This document shows positions 28,314 through 40,894 of a stretch of DNA of 64,000 nucleotides, in pieces. The stretch comes from Phoronis australis. Its lineage: Eukaryota > Animalia > Phoronida. The stretch covers positions 72,325 to 136,324 of the forward strand of contig NMRA01000809.1 in assembly GCA_002633005.1 (NCBI GenBank), read 5' to 3'. How positions within the stretch are numbered: position 1 is the stretch's first letter; each line of letters opens with the position of its first letter. A program made the position numbers and the translations under genes. The notes below the pieces were generated by a model. The model was not told the DNA's origin. It did no database searches and was given only the letters and a program-made list of their open reading frames with translations.

Positions 28314-28999
28314 GTGAGTAAATTTGAATAAACACGCGTTCAAATAAGTTAACAGAAATTGCTTGCTAAAGTTACATAATTTTTAGCCAATTATCACTAT
28401 TTTTTAGTCCAGAAACGCAACTGGAAGTTTAAAGTACAAAAAAATGTTTTCTCTGAAAATAAAGAACAATATAAGAGACATTTAGTTTACGAAATGACGC
28501 AAAGCGGCTTGCGTTTTTAAGTAATTAAAATTGTAAGAAGTATTTTTAATTATTGAAAACATTTCAAAATAATGTGCAGTTTTCACAACAACCACGTTTA
28601 TCAGCCGCTTAAATTATCACTATAACAACATATAGAGGGTATCCAATAGCTACCCAACATGGCTGACGAGATGGCACTTTCGGAAGAACTCACGTCTTGG
28701 CAATCTAGAGGCACATCAATGCACTTCATCTAAGACTTTGACATGTTCGACACCAATAGACATCATCAGTAGATTTTTTTAATTCACACGCGAAAATTCC
28801 CTGCAAAGGCGCATGTCCAAGAGGTCTAATGTCTGTCAACCATTGCATATGTTCGTAAGGCCGCTCACATTGGATTGCCAAATGTAGTAGGTGTTGTTCA
28901 TTGACAATAGCGACAAATGAATTGTGATAACACACACACACACACACGCACAAGCACGCACACGTACACGCACACGCACACACACACGCATAGCTCATC

Positions 29000-30340
29000 C
29001 AGATTGCTAATAAAAAGATAGTTTCACCATTTCTTTTCTAAATTTTAATTTTTCCGAGCACTATGTTTTTCACTTAAATAGTATTGTTCCATGGACTTGA
29101 TCAAGTCTCTCAAAAGCAGTTTTTCGAAACAAACTTCTGACAAAAATTGAACTGTTTACCCAATAGTACTATGATATTCTTAAAAGTTTCTTGTTTGTCA
29201 CAAAATCCCAAGATAATCTTTTTTCATTAAATACCTTTGTCCAAAATAAGTTCGCAGTTTCACAGTCTCAAAATGGAGTACCTCAAAGTCTCTGTAGATT
29301 GTCCACAAAAGGAGCAAGAGTCGTTTCAACAGCTTAAACTGGAACACCTGTGTCTAATGTCTCTTGTTGTGTTGTATGAAGCGGAGTAAACATCCTCCCA
29401 AGAAAAATAATCTTATGCTTACATTCAATTCTTTGGACCATTATGACGCCGCTCCCTTTGATACTTCAGAGCAGAAACTAAGTTGAGCACAAATATGTCG
29501 ACACACTCTCCCATCACTTCTCAATTTCATTAAAAAGTTGGCATGACAATAAGCATCAACGTTCACAACTCTAACAATATTACACTTCTGTTGGCACTAA
29601 TATACACCGTACAGTTAGTTTTGATACCTAAAACATATCTGATAAATCTGTAACTCACAATGTTGTCATCTGGAGAGAACAAGTCCTTAATAAATACCAT
29701 GCCTTTGTGAAACCAGTTCTTGTAGAAAATGCATCGGCTTTCAGGTCGCTGCTCAGCTATAAAGGTCGGTAAAGAAAATTAGCATGATTCGTGATTTTTG
29801 AAATTAGTTCTAAAGAAGATAAAACATTAAAAAAAATTGTTCCAAAAGCGATTATCAACATTAGACAATTTTGTCTTAAAGTCAACACCATACTTGGCGA
29901 AATTTCTGATTTCAGAAAAAAAAAATAAATGTAACAAGTGGGAAGACTTAGAGTGATCGTCTATAATCAAGTTTTTGCTTGAAATATTCTAGAACATAAC
30001 AGACTATATACGCCATTTGAGAAAAAATATCAACGTTAATAAAAGGATCTTTTTATATGTACATTGTACTAAAGGCACCGGATCTCAAGCAGGAAGTGTG
30101 CTACATTTTGACTGATATGCAGCAACATATAACCCAGTGTGTTTTCTGTATTAAATGTGGCCAAATATATAAATGAGAAGTGCTTATCACATAGAATATC
30201 CCAAATACAAGTTTCAACTGCAAAAAAGACGTACTTGGGGCAAGATTGAGCAATGGTTCACAAAAGATCGGTAGGAACGATGAACACTGCATCCTAAGAC
30301 AAACAATCATCACGAAGAATTTGTCAGAAATTCTGCACAT
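29000..30340 (-). mobile_element. Degenerate L1/Tx1 ORF2 fragment
   Basis: Minus-strand remnant FYKNWFHKGMVFIKDLF (W..KGI..I.DL motif), with many stops; boundaries approximate. Confidence 0.5.
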
Positions 30341-31655
30341 TTCTAGAAATCTAACAAAAACTTCTGTTCGTTAATAATCGGATGAATCCTCCCATAGGAA
30401 GGTTATAACGGAAGTCATAAACGACCTAGAACATACCCTTTGACACAGCGCCAACTATACTGAAAAGTGGTCCTGTGGAAAAATTGATGAACGACACACG
30501 GAATTCGATCCGTATGTGGACATCAATGCGCATGCCTCTGTCTGAAGTATATCTATCACATCGCTACCACTTGCACACGCCTGTATAGGCTGTACTTGCT
30601 TTGGCTTAAGCCACTGGATCGGGGTTTCCTTGGTTTTGTTTACTTCGATCACTGCCTATTTTAACTATTCAAGTCAATGGTGGTCGCCATACTATACGTA
30701 CGTAACAGTAAACAGACAGGGGTTTCACAGATTTCAACCAATGACAATGGCTGAATGTTATGACGTCGGTTTCATTACTTTAACCAATGAGAAGTGTTAC
30801 CTTTCGTAGCACTGTGAAAGAGTGTACCGAGAATTAAGAATGCCCGTTTTCTATAGCAGACAACGCGGAGCCAGCGCGCGACTATCACATGACCTGAGAG
30901 AAAAGACGTTAAAGGAGAATGCCAGCCGATTTAATTAGTTTTTTGACCATCTTAATCGGTCTATATCCACATCACCTCGCATACAGTCGATTTTACCTCG
31001 CCAAGAGGTGGCACGTTAACCTTTGAAGATGGTGAGAAACAACACAGCGACGTCAGCGGTTCTTCTGCAGAGTGAGTGCCACTATGGTGTGGTGTATCGT
31101 TCCCGCTTGTGCGAACTATGAAGCTGCGAGGAAAGCAGGTATATCGTTTTTCGATTTCCTCGAGAGCCCATAATGCTTAGGAAGTGGCTAGCGGTAGCGA
31201 AGAATAGTACGCCGTTAATACCAAGTATGAGGCCGTGAAACTTCTCCGTGTCTGTCAGTGGCCTGCATATCGTCGGATCGGTTGTTGATCAGTTTTTGAT
31301 TTTAGAGAATTATAGTTGGCCATGAAAACATAAACAATTACAATTAATTCAAGGCGTGAGAACATAACGTTTTATATAACCTGTTTGATGACAGACTCGT
31401 CCGTGAGGCGCTTCTGTTTGGTCCCCTCTGGGTGTAGAATGTTTTCACCTGTTCTTTTTCTCAGCCCTAAAAAAACGTCGTAAGCACATTCTCTGTTTAG
31501 ATCAGGATGATCCGTGAGACACGTCTGCATTTCTCCAAGAAGGCGTTTCACTTGCGGAATTTCGTGGCAGCAAACGCAAGCGTCAGTTGTTTCCATTATT
31601 GTGCACTTGATCACTGACACCATGACAAGTCATTCAACTACCCACATGTTCCGTT

Positions 31656-31760
31656 CAGTGGCGGATCTAGGATATCACAAGGGAGGGGAGGCCCAACATT
31701 TTGTCTGAAAACATTTGCGCATAGCACCGAATGGGGGGAGCCCCCCTAAATCCGCCTATG
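31656..31760. mobile_element. Small hAT-like MITE (CAGTGGCGGATCTAG…CTAAATCCGCCTATG)
   Basis: Imperfect TIRs; 5-bp direct repeat CCGTT on both sides. Confidence 0.65.
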
Positions 31761-32888
31761 CCGTTGCCTGTGCACTTTCACGGAACCTCTCTATTTTTTC
31801 TTGATCAGTGTAGTCCGGTTCGAAACTGATACCCTGTGAAACCTAACGATCGACCTGTGAAGTCTTCTTCGGATAAGCACTCGTCTAAGTCGAGATTGCA
31901 TGGTAGTTGCCACGTTGACGTTTATTATTGTGCGTTCTGTTTCAAAATGAATTATTCTCACCGTAACCAATGCTCATATCAAACTGAAACAAATCCTGTC
32001 TCATCAGATACAATTTGTAATGCCTTGGAGTGTTCATGAGTGCAAATGTTTTGAGAAACCAGCAATGAATAAACCACTGCGTTACCGGCTTCAGACTGAT
32101 ACAATAAAGGTAACTGACCCGGCACCGAGGCCGTGTGAGCGCATGCTAATTCAATGTTTTCTGACAGAAAGCTGTTGTGAAACATTAACTCGATTTTATA
32201 TCCTATGGTCAGATGTTAGGGGAATCTTTATTTAGATATTCATATACATTACTCGAATCATTCTTACTGTACAACTTTTGCCCTGACGGTTCTGTGGAAG
32301 GGTAACCTGACTTCGCGGCCCTCGACGAGCTAGTAAGTATATTTGCAGTTTCGCGGCTAATTCACCAAAATAATCACGGGCACATTTTTTCTTTGGTTCA
32401 CTAGTATAGTCTTTTCGTCACTGGAAATTTCAACTTTGGCTGGTTTTATGTTCGTGATATCTTCAGTCCGGCTGCGATGGACCTGATCGGGTTCCGAGCC
32501 ACTGGACGGGATAGCAAGCGCTTTGTGAGTTTAGAACTGAAAAAATCGCAAGTCTAAAATTACAACACACAGGTATGTTCTCCTGTCTGTATTTCACGGA
32601 CGAATAACTTGAATTTATCGCCGAACAGACACCAAACTCCCGCGACCGACCTTGGTAAATTGGCCCACCGAACTTTGTAGGCTCCGGTACGTTCAAATAC
32701 CTAAAAATCCGTAACAGCGAAATAAAATAACACGTTTGTTCAATAACTCGATGTATTTGTAAGGGTTTTCTATCGAATTCTGATGCTTTATTGGTGTAAA
32801 ACGATGAATTCAAGCGATAAGCTGACACCAGTAAGCGTATTGTGAACTGCTGAACAGCAGACTGCATTCGAACCTCTGACGTCATTTG

Positions 32889-33125
32889 AGGAGGCAGTGT
32901 GGCCTGGTTGATAAGTGCCCGCTTTCTTTACTCGAGGTCGTGGGTTCGAGTCCCACCAGGTCACACTGCTAAACCCTTGAGCCAGGTTTCTAGCTCCTCA
33001 GCTCGGTTTTAACGATATATCAATAAAGCATAAAAATATTTCCAGGTGATCAGTGCAATGGGCCCACATGCGAGGCCTGCGCACGTCTGGTACAACGTGT
33101 ATCAGACCGCCTGCAATTATTTTTT
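32889..33125 (+). mobile_element. tRNA-derived SINE with target-site duplication
   Basis: A box TGGCCTGGTTGA (32900), B box GGTTCGAGTCC (32943), CCCTTGAGC..GG core-like segment, structured tail and T-run; 14-bp TSD (12/14 match, 32875-88 / 33126-39); empty site seen at 42247-42258. Confidence 0.8.
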
Positions 33126-33847
33126 TCTGACGTCAATGGTTAATTTCAACACCTCCGTCTGCCGTCAGGTGTCAGGTAAAATAGCTGCACTTGCTGTTAT
33201 CGAGTGGAACTACTCGATCTTAATTGATACAAGTTAGGTTGTTTTTGGGTGGCATTCTCCTTTAACCTCTCTACCGTTTTAACGTTAAAATTTTTGGCCG
33301 GGGAATCTACGGTCTCTGACCAGAGTTAGAGGCAGGTAGCGACACCATGTTTTTCGAGCTGTTTGGTCTAACTTGTGTTTCGCTTTGTCCAGGCGTGCGT
33401 TCAGTAGACGCTAGGACCCACGGTAGGACCTAGCTAAAACCAAGGAGTGTACGAGTATAGGAGAGTTCACTCCGCCATTTTACCATTCGCCGCAATGGTT
33501 ACCGGTCGAAACACTAGCGCTCCAAGCGGTGAATAATCAATACTTACGTAGGAGCGCAGTCCGAACAATGTAAACACTGATGAATTCATACTTTAATGAC
33601 GTTCNGTTTCGCTTTGTCCAGGCGTGCGTTCAGTAGACGCTAGGACCCACGGTAGGACCTAGCTAAAACCTTGTCAAAGTCACGTGCTCTCATTTAAAAT
33701 GCACGGCAATATCTCACGTAATCTCGCGAAGTCTTGCTTTTTAGCGAGGTCCTAGCGTTACTGAACGGCAGGCTGGTTTCCGCCATCTACTAGTTGCAGT
33801 CGACTAAAATGTTGTCACAACAACCACGTTGTTAAAACACCGTGACA

Positions 33848-35093
33848 ATAATGGACTCTGCGCGTGCGTATTACTGGATTGTTATGGGAAGTTACTGACA
33901 GTAACCCCTTTAACAATATGAAAATTAATTCTTTAAAATTGTAGGAGAAATTATATGTTAATATTTTGATGACCTTTCCACTACTTGACCTCTTCCGGTG
34001 CGTTATGAGCCCCGATGAGAGAATAATTGTAAACTAGATTAAAAGTGTGGATAATGCTAAAAATCACAGATGTTTTACTTTAAGCACATCAGAATACAAA
34101 ATGAATGATTTGGTCAAAATTCAGAAGGACAATGCACAAAATGACTCTATGGGTGCACTAAATGACATCAATCGCAGTTAGTAAACAGATATGTAATTTT
34201 GAAGTCTCTAGCTCATAAGTTTAGTTTGCATTCAATGACCTTTGACCTATTTTTTCTGATTGGTTAGGCCTATTGCGAAGTAAAGTAGGGTATTCAATTG
34301 GCATGTTGACTTACACCACTGTGTTGAAATTGAAAAGAATTCCTTGAAAAACGTAAGAGATACAACATTTTGAACGTTTCATGACCTTTGCACTAATTGA
34401 CCCTATCCGGTGCATTATAAGCGTCTTTAGAAGAATTATTGAAAAGCCCATCAAAAATGTGTCTAATGCTGAGAATCACAGTGGTCTAACGGTTGACACA
34501 TCAGAATACTTGCTGATTGAAAAGGTCAAATTTTCAAAAGAAAAATGCACCTAATGACACCATGTTTGCACTAAATGACCTGAAACTTTGGATTCCGATT
34601 TGATTTACCTGTGTCAATCAGACCTGTCAATTTCAAGTGTCTAGCTCAAAATTTTAGTTTGCACCTAATGACCTTTGACCTATTTCACCTGATTGGATGA
34701 ACCGATTACTTAGAAAAGTAATTTTTTAAATTGCCATGTTGACTTATACCTGTGCACCGAATTTGAAAAAGATAGCTTTAAAACTGCAGTTGCATTTTGA
34801 AAATTATATGACCTTTGCACCAAACGACCTCTGGAATATGATTATATAACCAATCAAAATTTATATACTGTCAAAAGTCATATGCTGAATTTAAAGACCG
34901 TACCTGCACCCAATTTGGAGTTATTAAGCTTCAAAGTTGGTCGGAAGAAGAATAAGAAGAAGAATAAGAAGAATAAGAATTAAATTGAAGAAAACCCAGG
35001 AACAACAATACTCTGTGCTTACACGCGCAGAGTAATAAAACTGAAGAAAACCCAGGAACAACAGTACCCTGCGCTTACACGCGCAGAGTAACA
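33848..35093 (+). mobile_element. HINE/Helentron-like element with ~410-bp tandem duplication (TGACCTTTGACC family)
   Basis: Subterminal IR actctgcgcgtg / cacgcgcagagt; units ~33970-34380 and ~34381-34800; (AAG/AAT) microsatellite; duplicated 3' hairpin. Confidence 0.6.
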
Positions 35094-35514
35094 ACTATAG
35101 TCACATGGACTTTTTTGTATGCTTTTCAATTACAAGCAAAAACACGGAGGTAACTTACTATTTTCAGTACCAGATACATGCTACACAAAGCATGTTCAAC
35201 TCGCGCCTCCTCATTCAGCCGTCAAACGAGTTGTGGGTTGATGAGGAAAGAGCTACGCCTCGTCAAAAAAGCAACGCGCAATTACGAGAAAAGAATGGTG
35301 CAAACAACCGCGTAGAAGATAAGAAAGGAAAACTGTTTACGGTGTGCAAGCTGCTTGCAGTCGATTAACTAGAAAAAATGCTCGCTTGCATGCAGACCTT
35401 GGAATTAGCTATTCCTCTAAAAAGTAGTCCATTTGGCACTGTGGCGCTGTGATCAAATGTACATTTGTGTTGTAAGTCCATTAAAATTATTTACACCATG
35501 TTTCTCTCTTACAG

Positions 35515-37010
35515 AATCCAGTCCAAATGTCTGGCAGTTCCTACTGGAAACAAGTGAAACCGGGATTGAGATTAACGGAGCTAAGTATTTTCTGACGGAT
35601 GCTATTTTGAAGGGAGCTCAAGTGCGATTTGTTATAGAAAATTGGCGTCAAAACGAAGCTTCGTTTGTTGGCGAGGCCGATAATTTGTGCTTCACAGCGC
35701 AATCCGGTGACGTTTGTGCTCAGCACGTGCAGAGTGTTGGCGTGAACACCACCTCCGGGCACATTGCAGGTAACGCCACCTGGTGGTATGGCATCATGTG
35801 CACAAGTGGAAAATCACACACCAGAGAATACATTATTGGAACGGATCAGGTTGTTACAGAGCATCACGGCCACTTCCGAGTCAGATGGTTCGCACGCATG
35901 CCGTGCAACAAAGAGGGCGTCCCTGTGTTTTATAAGCGTGACACCTCAGGGCTCTTAGTGGAAGGAGATTATAACGCCTATACTTCACTTAAACTGAGCA
36001 CAGCAACCCTAATTCTTGGTAGCGAATGGAGCACTTCAGCAATTTCGGCTCAATACCTCAAAGAGCCAATGGTTTTGTTCAATAGGGCACTCAGTATTAC
36101 AGTGAGCGATGATCGCGTAACGTTTAATGATACTGCAGACTGGGTCTTCATGAACGTCAACTTAAAAAAGGGATACAACGACGTACTGCTCTATGCAGTT
36201 GACCAACCCGTGGTACGAGGCACTCTCTTATATTACCCTGACTTCAGCTGTATCTCTGACGACTGTTGGCAGGTTGATGCAGTGGTTGACCAAAATGGAG
36301 TTTTAGGAAGTGCAGACACTACTTTGGATAGTTTGATATATAAGATCTTGAATGGCCATAGAGTCCTGTACAGCATAAATAATTCGGTCATGCAACAGGC
36401 AATTCATTTGTGGGTACGCGACGGTAAGGTATTTGCACTTGCTCTGGTTCCGGCTATAACATCAGATAACAAATTAAAGAACCCTAATTACTATCTGTGG
36501 TCTATCATATCAACTGACGGAATCTATCAGAGAATTAGGTATTATATCGGCTCCAGTAACCATCGTTCTACCTCACGTAGTCATGGAGCTGTTACGTGGG
36601 CAACTGACATTCAGTCGTGGGAGCTTATGCTCGATCGCAACTCCACTGGTCACCTGGTTTCAGGAAGCCAAGCTACTCTGATTGTTGCGGTAAGGTCAGG
36701 GGCAGCAGTTCGAATTGCGCTGTATAACGAAACCGAAAAAGCATACAAGGTGTTTTCAGCTTCCAGCTTAGAAGTGAAGAAAGGAAAGAATGGGGAGTCG
36801 CACGTGATAGCCCAATTTGTTTCCTCCCTCTCAGTTTATTATGACTTGACAGTTAAGGAGTACAAGGTTGTAGAAAATCCCGCAACTAGAGTACTGCAGT
36901 CATTTACATCATTGGGAGAGAAGTACGAAGCCTGGTGGACAGTTGGCGAGCACGAGATGCAACAAGAATGGACAGAGAACGTAGCAATGAAATGGTTTGC
37001 TAACTTTTGA
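35515..37010 (+). CDS. Secreted PAN/apple-like + 4x repeat protein, exon 2 (four ~120-aa W...WF repeats)
   Basis: The longest open frame in the window; tttctctcttacag| acceptor in phase 1, matching exon 1 (A|AA = Lys); internal repeat W-x9-G-x4-G(S)..L..A(I/V)..GA.VR ... S/CT.G ... Y..G ... WF. The joined CDS is 617 aa. Confidence 0.88.
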
Positions 37011-37253
37011 AGGAGCACGAAGTCGCCGACCACGCTTCAGTGGTTTCTTGCTGTCATGAAATTCGTGGTATATTCATGATATATTTTACTTATGTTGGCT
37101 TGATAGTATTATAGACATTATTTCTTTACTAGCAGATTGTTTATGTTTATAGTAAGTTGTTTTTGGGTTTCAGCTGGTCGTTCACAGAATCATCGCCTCA
37201 AGACAGCTGACCATTACCATACATGACAAACACAATAGAGTGGTTCTTATGAT

Positions 37254-37579
37254 TGTTGTGAAAGTTCCTAGAGTTGTTTACTGTTATTTCCTGTAGAACC
37301 TTGAATCATGCAGTTTAGTGCATGTAACCCACGCATTTGTAACTTGTATATAAACCTTTCACGGTTGTCTAATAAAGAGAGTCCTCACTTTGCTACTGCC
37401 AGTTGCTATTACTAGTGTAATTGAGTGGTCTACACTTAGTTACGGAATAGAACCATCTCATTGGCGGACCGAGACAAACCACACAACACAACGCTGCTGC
37501 TAAGTTCACTTCTACTCCTCGAGTTATACTACACTTGCTCTGTGGATTGTGGAATCTTGGCCACTCCCGATCAGTAACA
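37254..37579 (+). mobile_element. Possible solo LTR just 3' of the PAN/repeat gene
   Basis: TGTT…AACA ends; TATATAAA at 37347; AATAAA at 37371; flanks ATGAT/ATGTT (4/5 match). Confidence 0.4.
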
Positions 37580-38097
37580 ATGTTTGTTTTTATCGGTTTG
37601 GTGTGAGCTTTGCTCCTTCACTTAACACAGTCGTGTAATATCCATTACAAACACTGCAAGCATCAGCGAAAAACTTAGTGTTTTACGTGCAGTTTGTTTT
37701 CGTAACTGTAATCTGGTAACTAACGTAGTTCGGATCAAACTTAGCGCTGTTCAATCAATGTGCGTTACTAATTTGACTTGCTGTTATACACGTATTACAT
37801 TTTTTCTGTTTTTCATATTCTGCAGACTTTTTATTTTTTTACAGTAATAAAAATATGTACACTGTCAGAAGTTGACTGTATGTTTTATTGAAAAGGTAGG
37901 TATGCCTTGTGATTGTGTGTGGATGGAGAGAGAATGATTATTTAAATCCAGTAATAATTTTGTTATATAATAACCACTAATTAATACAAGTGAATCCTAT
38001 TGTTTATTAAGTACACTAACAATGAAGAAGAGCAACTATGATAGGGCCTTCTGTAAGGATAATCCAATCAATTAAACATAAACATCAAACGTCTTAT

Positions 38098-38510
38098 CTT
38101 TTTTCAAACATTTATTGTAATAAACTAACAATTACAATACAAACGTACATAAACATACATAAACATTTACCAGCGTTATAGTTGTGCTAAGTTCCATTTT
38201 TCGTTGTGATTTTCTAATGTACCATTGATTTTACTAATAGTAAATTCCATGTTTCTATAGTTTTTCAAAACTCTAGTAACATCAGTTGGTAATGGAATTT
38301 TGTTCTGCATTCTACATTGATAAAAGACATTTTTGTTATTAAAACTAAAACTAAAAGGCCGTTTAAAAAATCGTTCCTAAGGAAATCATCATAAACTTTG
38401 CTCCACAACTCTATAGTCCTAGCTCTTACATATCTGCATTCCACAAATAAATGTAATATAGTCTCTCTATACTCAGAGCGAACTGGTAAAGGGTATCTAA
38501 CCAAAATTAA
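38098..38510 (-). mobile_element. L1/Tx1-clade LINE 3' fragment
   Basis: ETILHLFVEC zinc-knuckle motif, then an AT-rich 3' UTR with AATAAA and an A-rich end on the minus strand. Confidence 0.65.
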
Positions 38511-38862
38511 TTTGCGGAAGTGACATCACAAACGTCTTGCCTGCTAACTAGTAGGCTGTAGGAGTCGACACTCGTTAAATGACCGTCCTATTGGTTGATT
38601 CTGGCTCGTACTAACACACACTGTACTGCGGCAATGTACTTGCTGGTCCCCACAGTCTAACTTCGCGACGCAACACAAGTCTGTAGCATCGCTCTATCCA
38701 CGATACACTACGCTGGCCACATCCCTTCGTGATACAACGACACGTGTAGGCAGTATCTAACTACCACACTTTCTCTTGCTGGTCACAGTCCCTCATGAAG
38801 CAACACGTGTAGGCAGTATCTTAATTATTACCCACGATGCAAGTGATAAGCTCTTAGTTTAA

Positions 38863-40188
38863 AGGCGAAAGCAACCTGTTTTCATGACACTTTTAGCAAA
38901 AATAAGGTTCGTTCATTATCCCAGACACATTTTTCATTTAATTACAGCTTTTCGTAATTTGATTAATTTCTCGTCCTCTACTCCGGAAGTGACGTTTTGG
39001 GAGGCAAGAGTTTCGCGCCAATTTCTTTTCATTATAGTCTGACTGTGAGAGCTGTCGAGTCAGCCATTGTTCTACCTGGGTTGTGATAAATTCGGTCGTC
39101 GTTTGCTTTTGTTTATAAGTCAGTCAACATGCCACGCTGTTGCTGCGTGCCGGGATGTACTCATTATGGTCTCACACGCGCTTTGGGTACCTTGCGTCGC
39201 TTTTCGAAGGATGGCACACTTCGCCGTACTTGGCTAGCTCGTTCATGTGAAGAACGCAGCGCTACCCGTCCACGCAACGTACAAAGCAGTGGAGGGTTAC
39301 CGAGTGTGTGGCAAGCATTTTCTGCAGTCAGATTATGACAGAGATATGTACACTGAATTGATGAAGGTCCCTGCGAAACAACGCCTGAAGAAGGGTACCA
39401 TACCGTCGCTGTTGATTCCCGGCAGTGCCCCGTCGCTAACCCCGAGAAGTGCGTTTTTGAAGCGAGAAGCCTCGCGAGCAGTTGCCACACAGTGACTGGA
39501 GGCACTTCATCTACTGTCACCCGTGCCTCCGAACGTACCCCATTGCGTGCAATTCCGGGAACTAGCAGTGATTCGCCCTGTGCTGTTGTCTCTAGCTCAG
39601 AGCCTGTAAGCAGCCCTGCAGCGATGTTGAGTAGGGGGAGTGAATACAGGCCCAGTTCGACACCCAGTGAAGATGACAGTTCGTCATCCAATGAACAGAT
39701 CTGTGAGCTTAAGTCTGATAAGTTTATTGTGGACTTGTATTGGAGCTATTTGGAAGGTGCCAGGTGTGTGGCGAGAGAGTCACACGGCGGGATGTAAGTG
39801 CAGTTTGGGTGCTCAGATCACCCTTCAGTGGGAGTGTGTCGCGGGACACTGGGGCAAGTGGGACAGTTCTTCCTCTGTACGTGAGACGATAATGAGTACA
39901 CCCCAGTACGCAGCAACAGCGTGGCATGACGGACTGGTAAGCAAAAGCAAACGACGACCGAACTTATCACAGCCGAGATAGAACAATGACTGGCTCGACT
40001 GCTCTCACAGTCAGACTTTTTGAAAAGAAATTGGCGCGAAATTCTTGCCTCCCAAAACGTCACTTCCGGAGTAGACGACGAGTAATTAGTTAAATTACGA
40101 AAAGCAGTAAATAAGTGAAAAATATGACTGGGATAATCAACGAACCTTATTTTTGCTAAAATGACATTAAAAAAGGTTGCTTTCGACT
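38863..40188 (+). mobile_element. Kolobok-type DNA transposon, deleted, with ~310-bp TIRs and a pseudogenised THAP transposase
   Basis: TTAA on both flanks; termini AGGCGAAAG…/…CTTTCGACT; long inverted repeats; THAP C2CH signature MPRCCCVPGC…RF…W…(frameshift)…RVCGKHF…RLKKGTIPS, followed by KFIV…C…C..GH.G.W.S. Confidence 0.85.
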
Positions 40189-40894
40189 TTAAAGTTAAAT
40201 TCCTGTTCGTTAAGAGGGCACACTACAATTCCTGTTCGTTAAGAGGGCACACTACAATTATTACAGGATTTTGGCTGCCGAGATGAATCCTTTCCTCACG
40301 TCCTTATCAAGAGTCTGAAAAAACAAGGGGTTTTGTAGCATTTCCAACTCCCCAGCACTACTCATGATAATTGAAACTCAGCATAGAAAAATAGGACCAA
40401 AAACTCCAAATTTGACAGTTTCATTCTCTCCAAAATTACCATTTCCCTGCAAGTGCTAGAACAAATCTGACTGCAGCATGGCGCACCCAGTGGGGCTCGG
40501 CGGGGGCTCGAACGAGCCCCCCCCAATTCGTCAAATTGGTTAAAATGGTCCGCCTCAATGAAACAAAAGGTCCGAGCAAACGAGACAAAAGTCCACAAAG
40601 TGCACAATTCCTAGGCCTGAACCTCAAGGCTCCGTCTTTAGTCATTGATTTTATTCAGTAAATGGTCCGCGTACCGGAAAATTCGAGCCCTCTATAATTC
40701 AGGCTAGGTGCGCGCATGTACAGATTCAGCCAGAATGCCCGATCTCTCCAGATTCTAAAATTGTGTCTTCTTGGCAAGTTTGATCTGTTTGAAAGCCACT
40801 TGAAATCGCACCCGGTTTCTCAGGCGAACGCAGAATGGTTGACCCGTTGACCCTTTTGCCCGCCTGACGCCACACACGCATGCTAGCGCCCTCA

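Larger units (their letters stand above)
30913..33261. mobile_element. Kolobok-type non-autonomous element carrying a KolX/P2X7-C-terminal-like Cys-rich pseudogene, with a nested MITE and SINE
   Basis: TTAA|AGGAGAATGCCA … TGGCATTCTCCT|TTAA; minus-strand remnants 'GYQF(fs)EPDY' (~31810) and 'C..M.T…CVCCHE…CLTDHP' (31372-31623). Confidence 0.7.

Noticed and set aside
32890-32965. tRNA gene
   Set aside because: A and B boxes are present, but there is no proper acceptor stem and it continues into a SINE body with a TSD.
33376-33670. Exact ~65-bp direct repeat (33376-33440 / 33606-33670)
   Set aside because: The second copy begins right after a single N at 33605, so it is most likely a contig-join overlap artefact.
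39129-39797. Functional host THAP-domain gene
   Set aside because: Frameshift within the THAP domain, premature stop, and enclosed by TIRs and TTAA.
40197-40259. Short exact tandem duplication next to the Kolobok end
   Set aside because: A simple two-copy slippage or repair duplication; nothing further supports a function.
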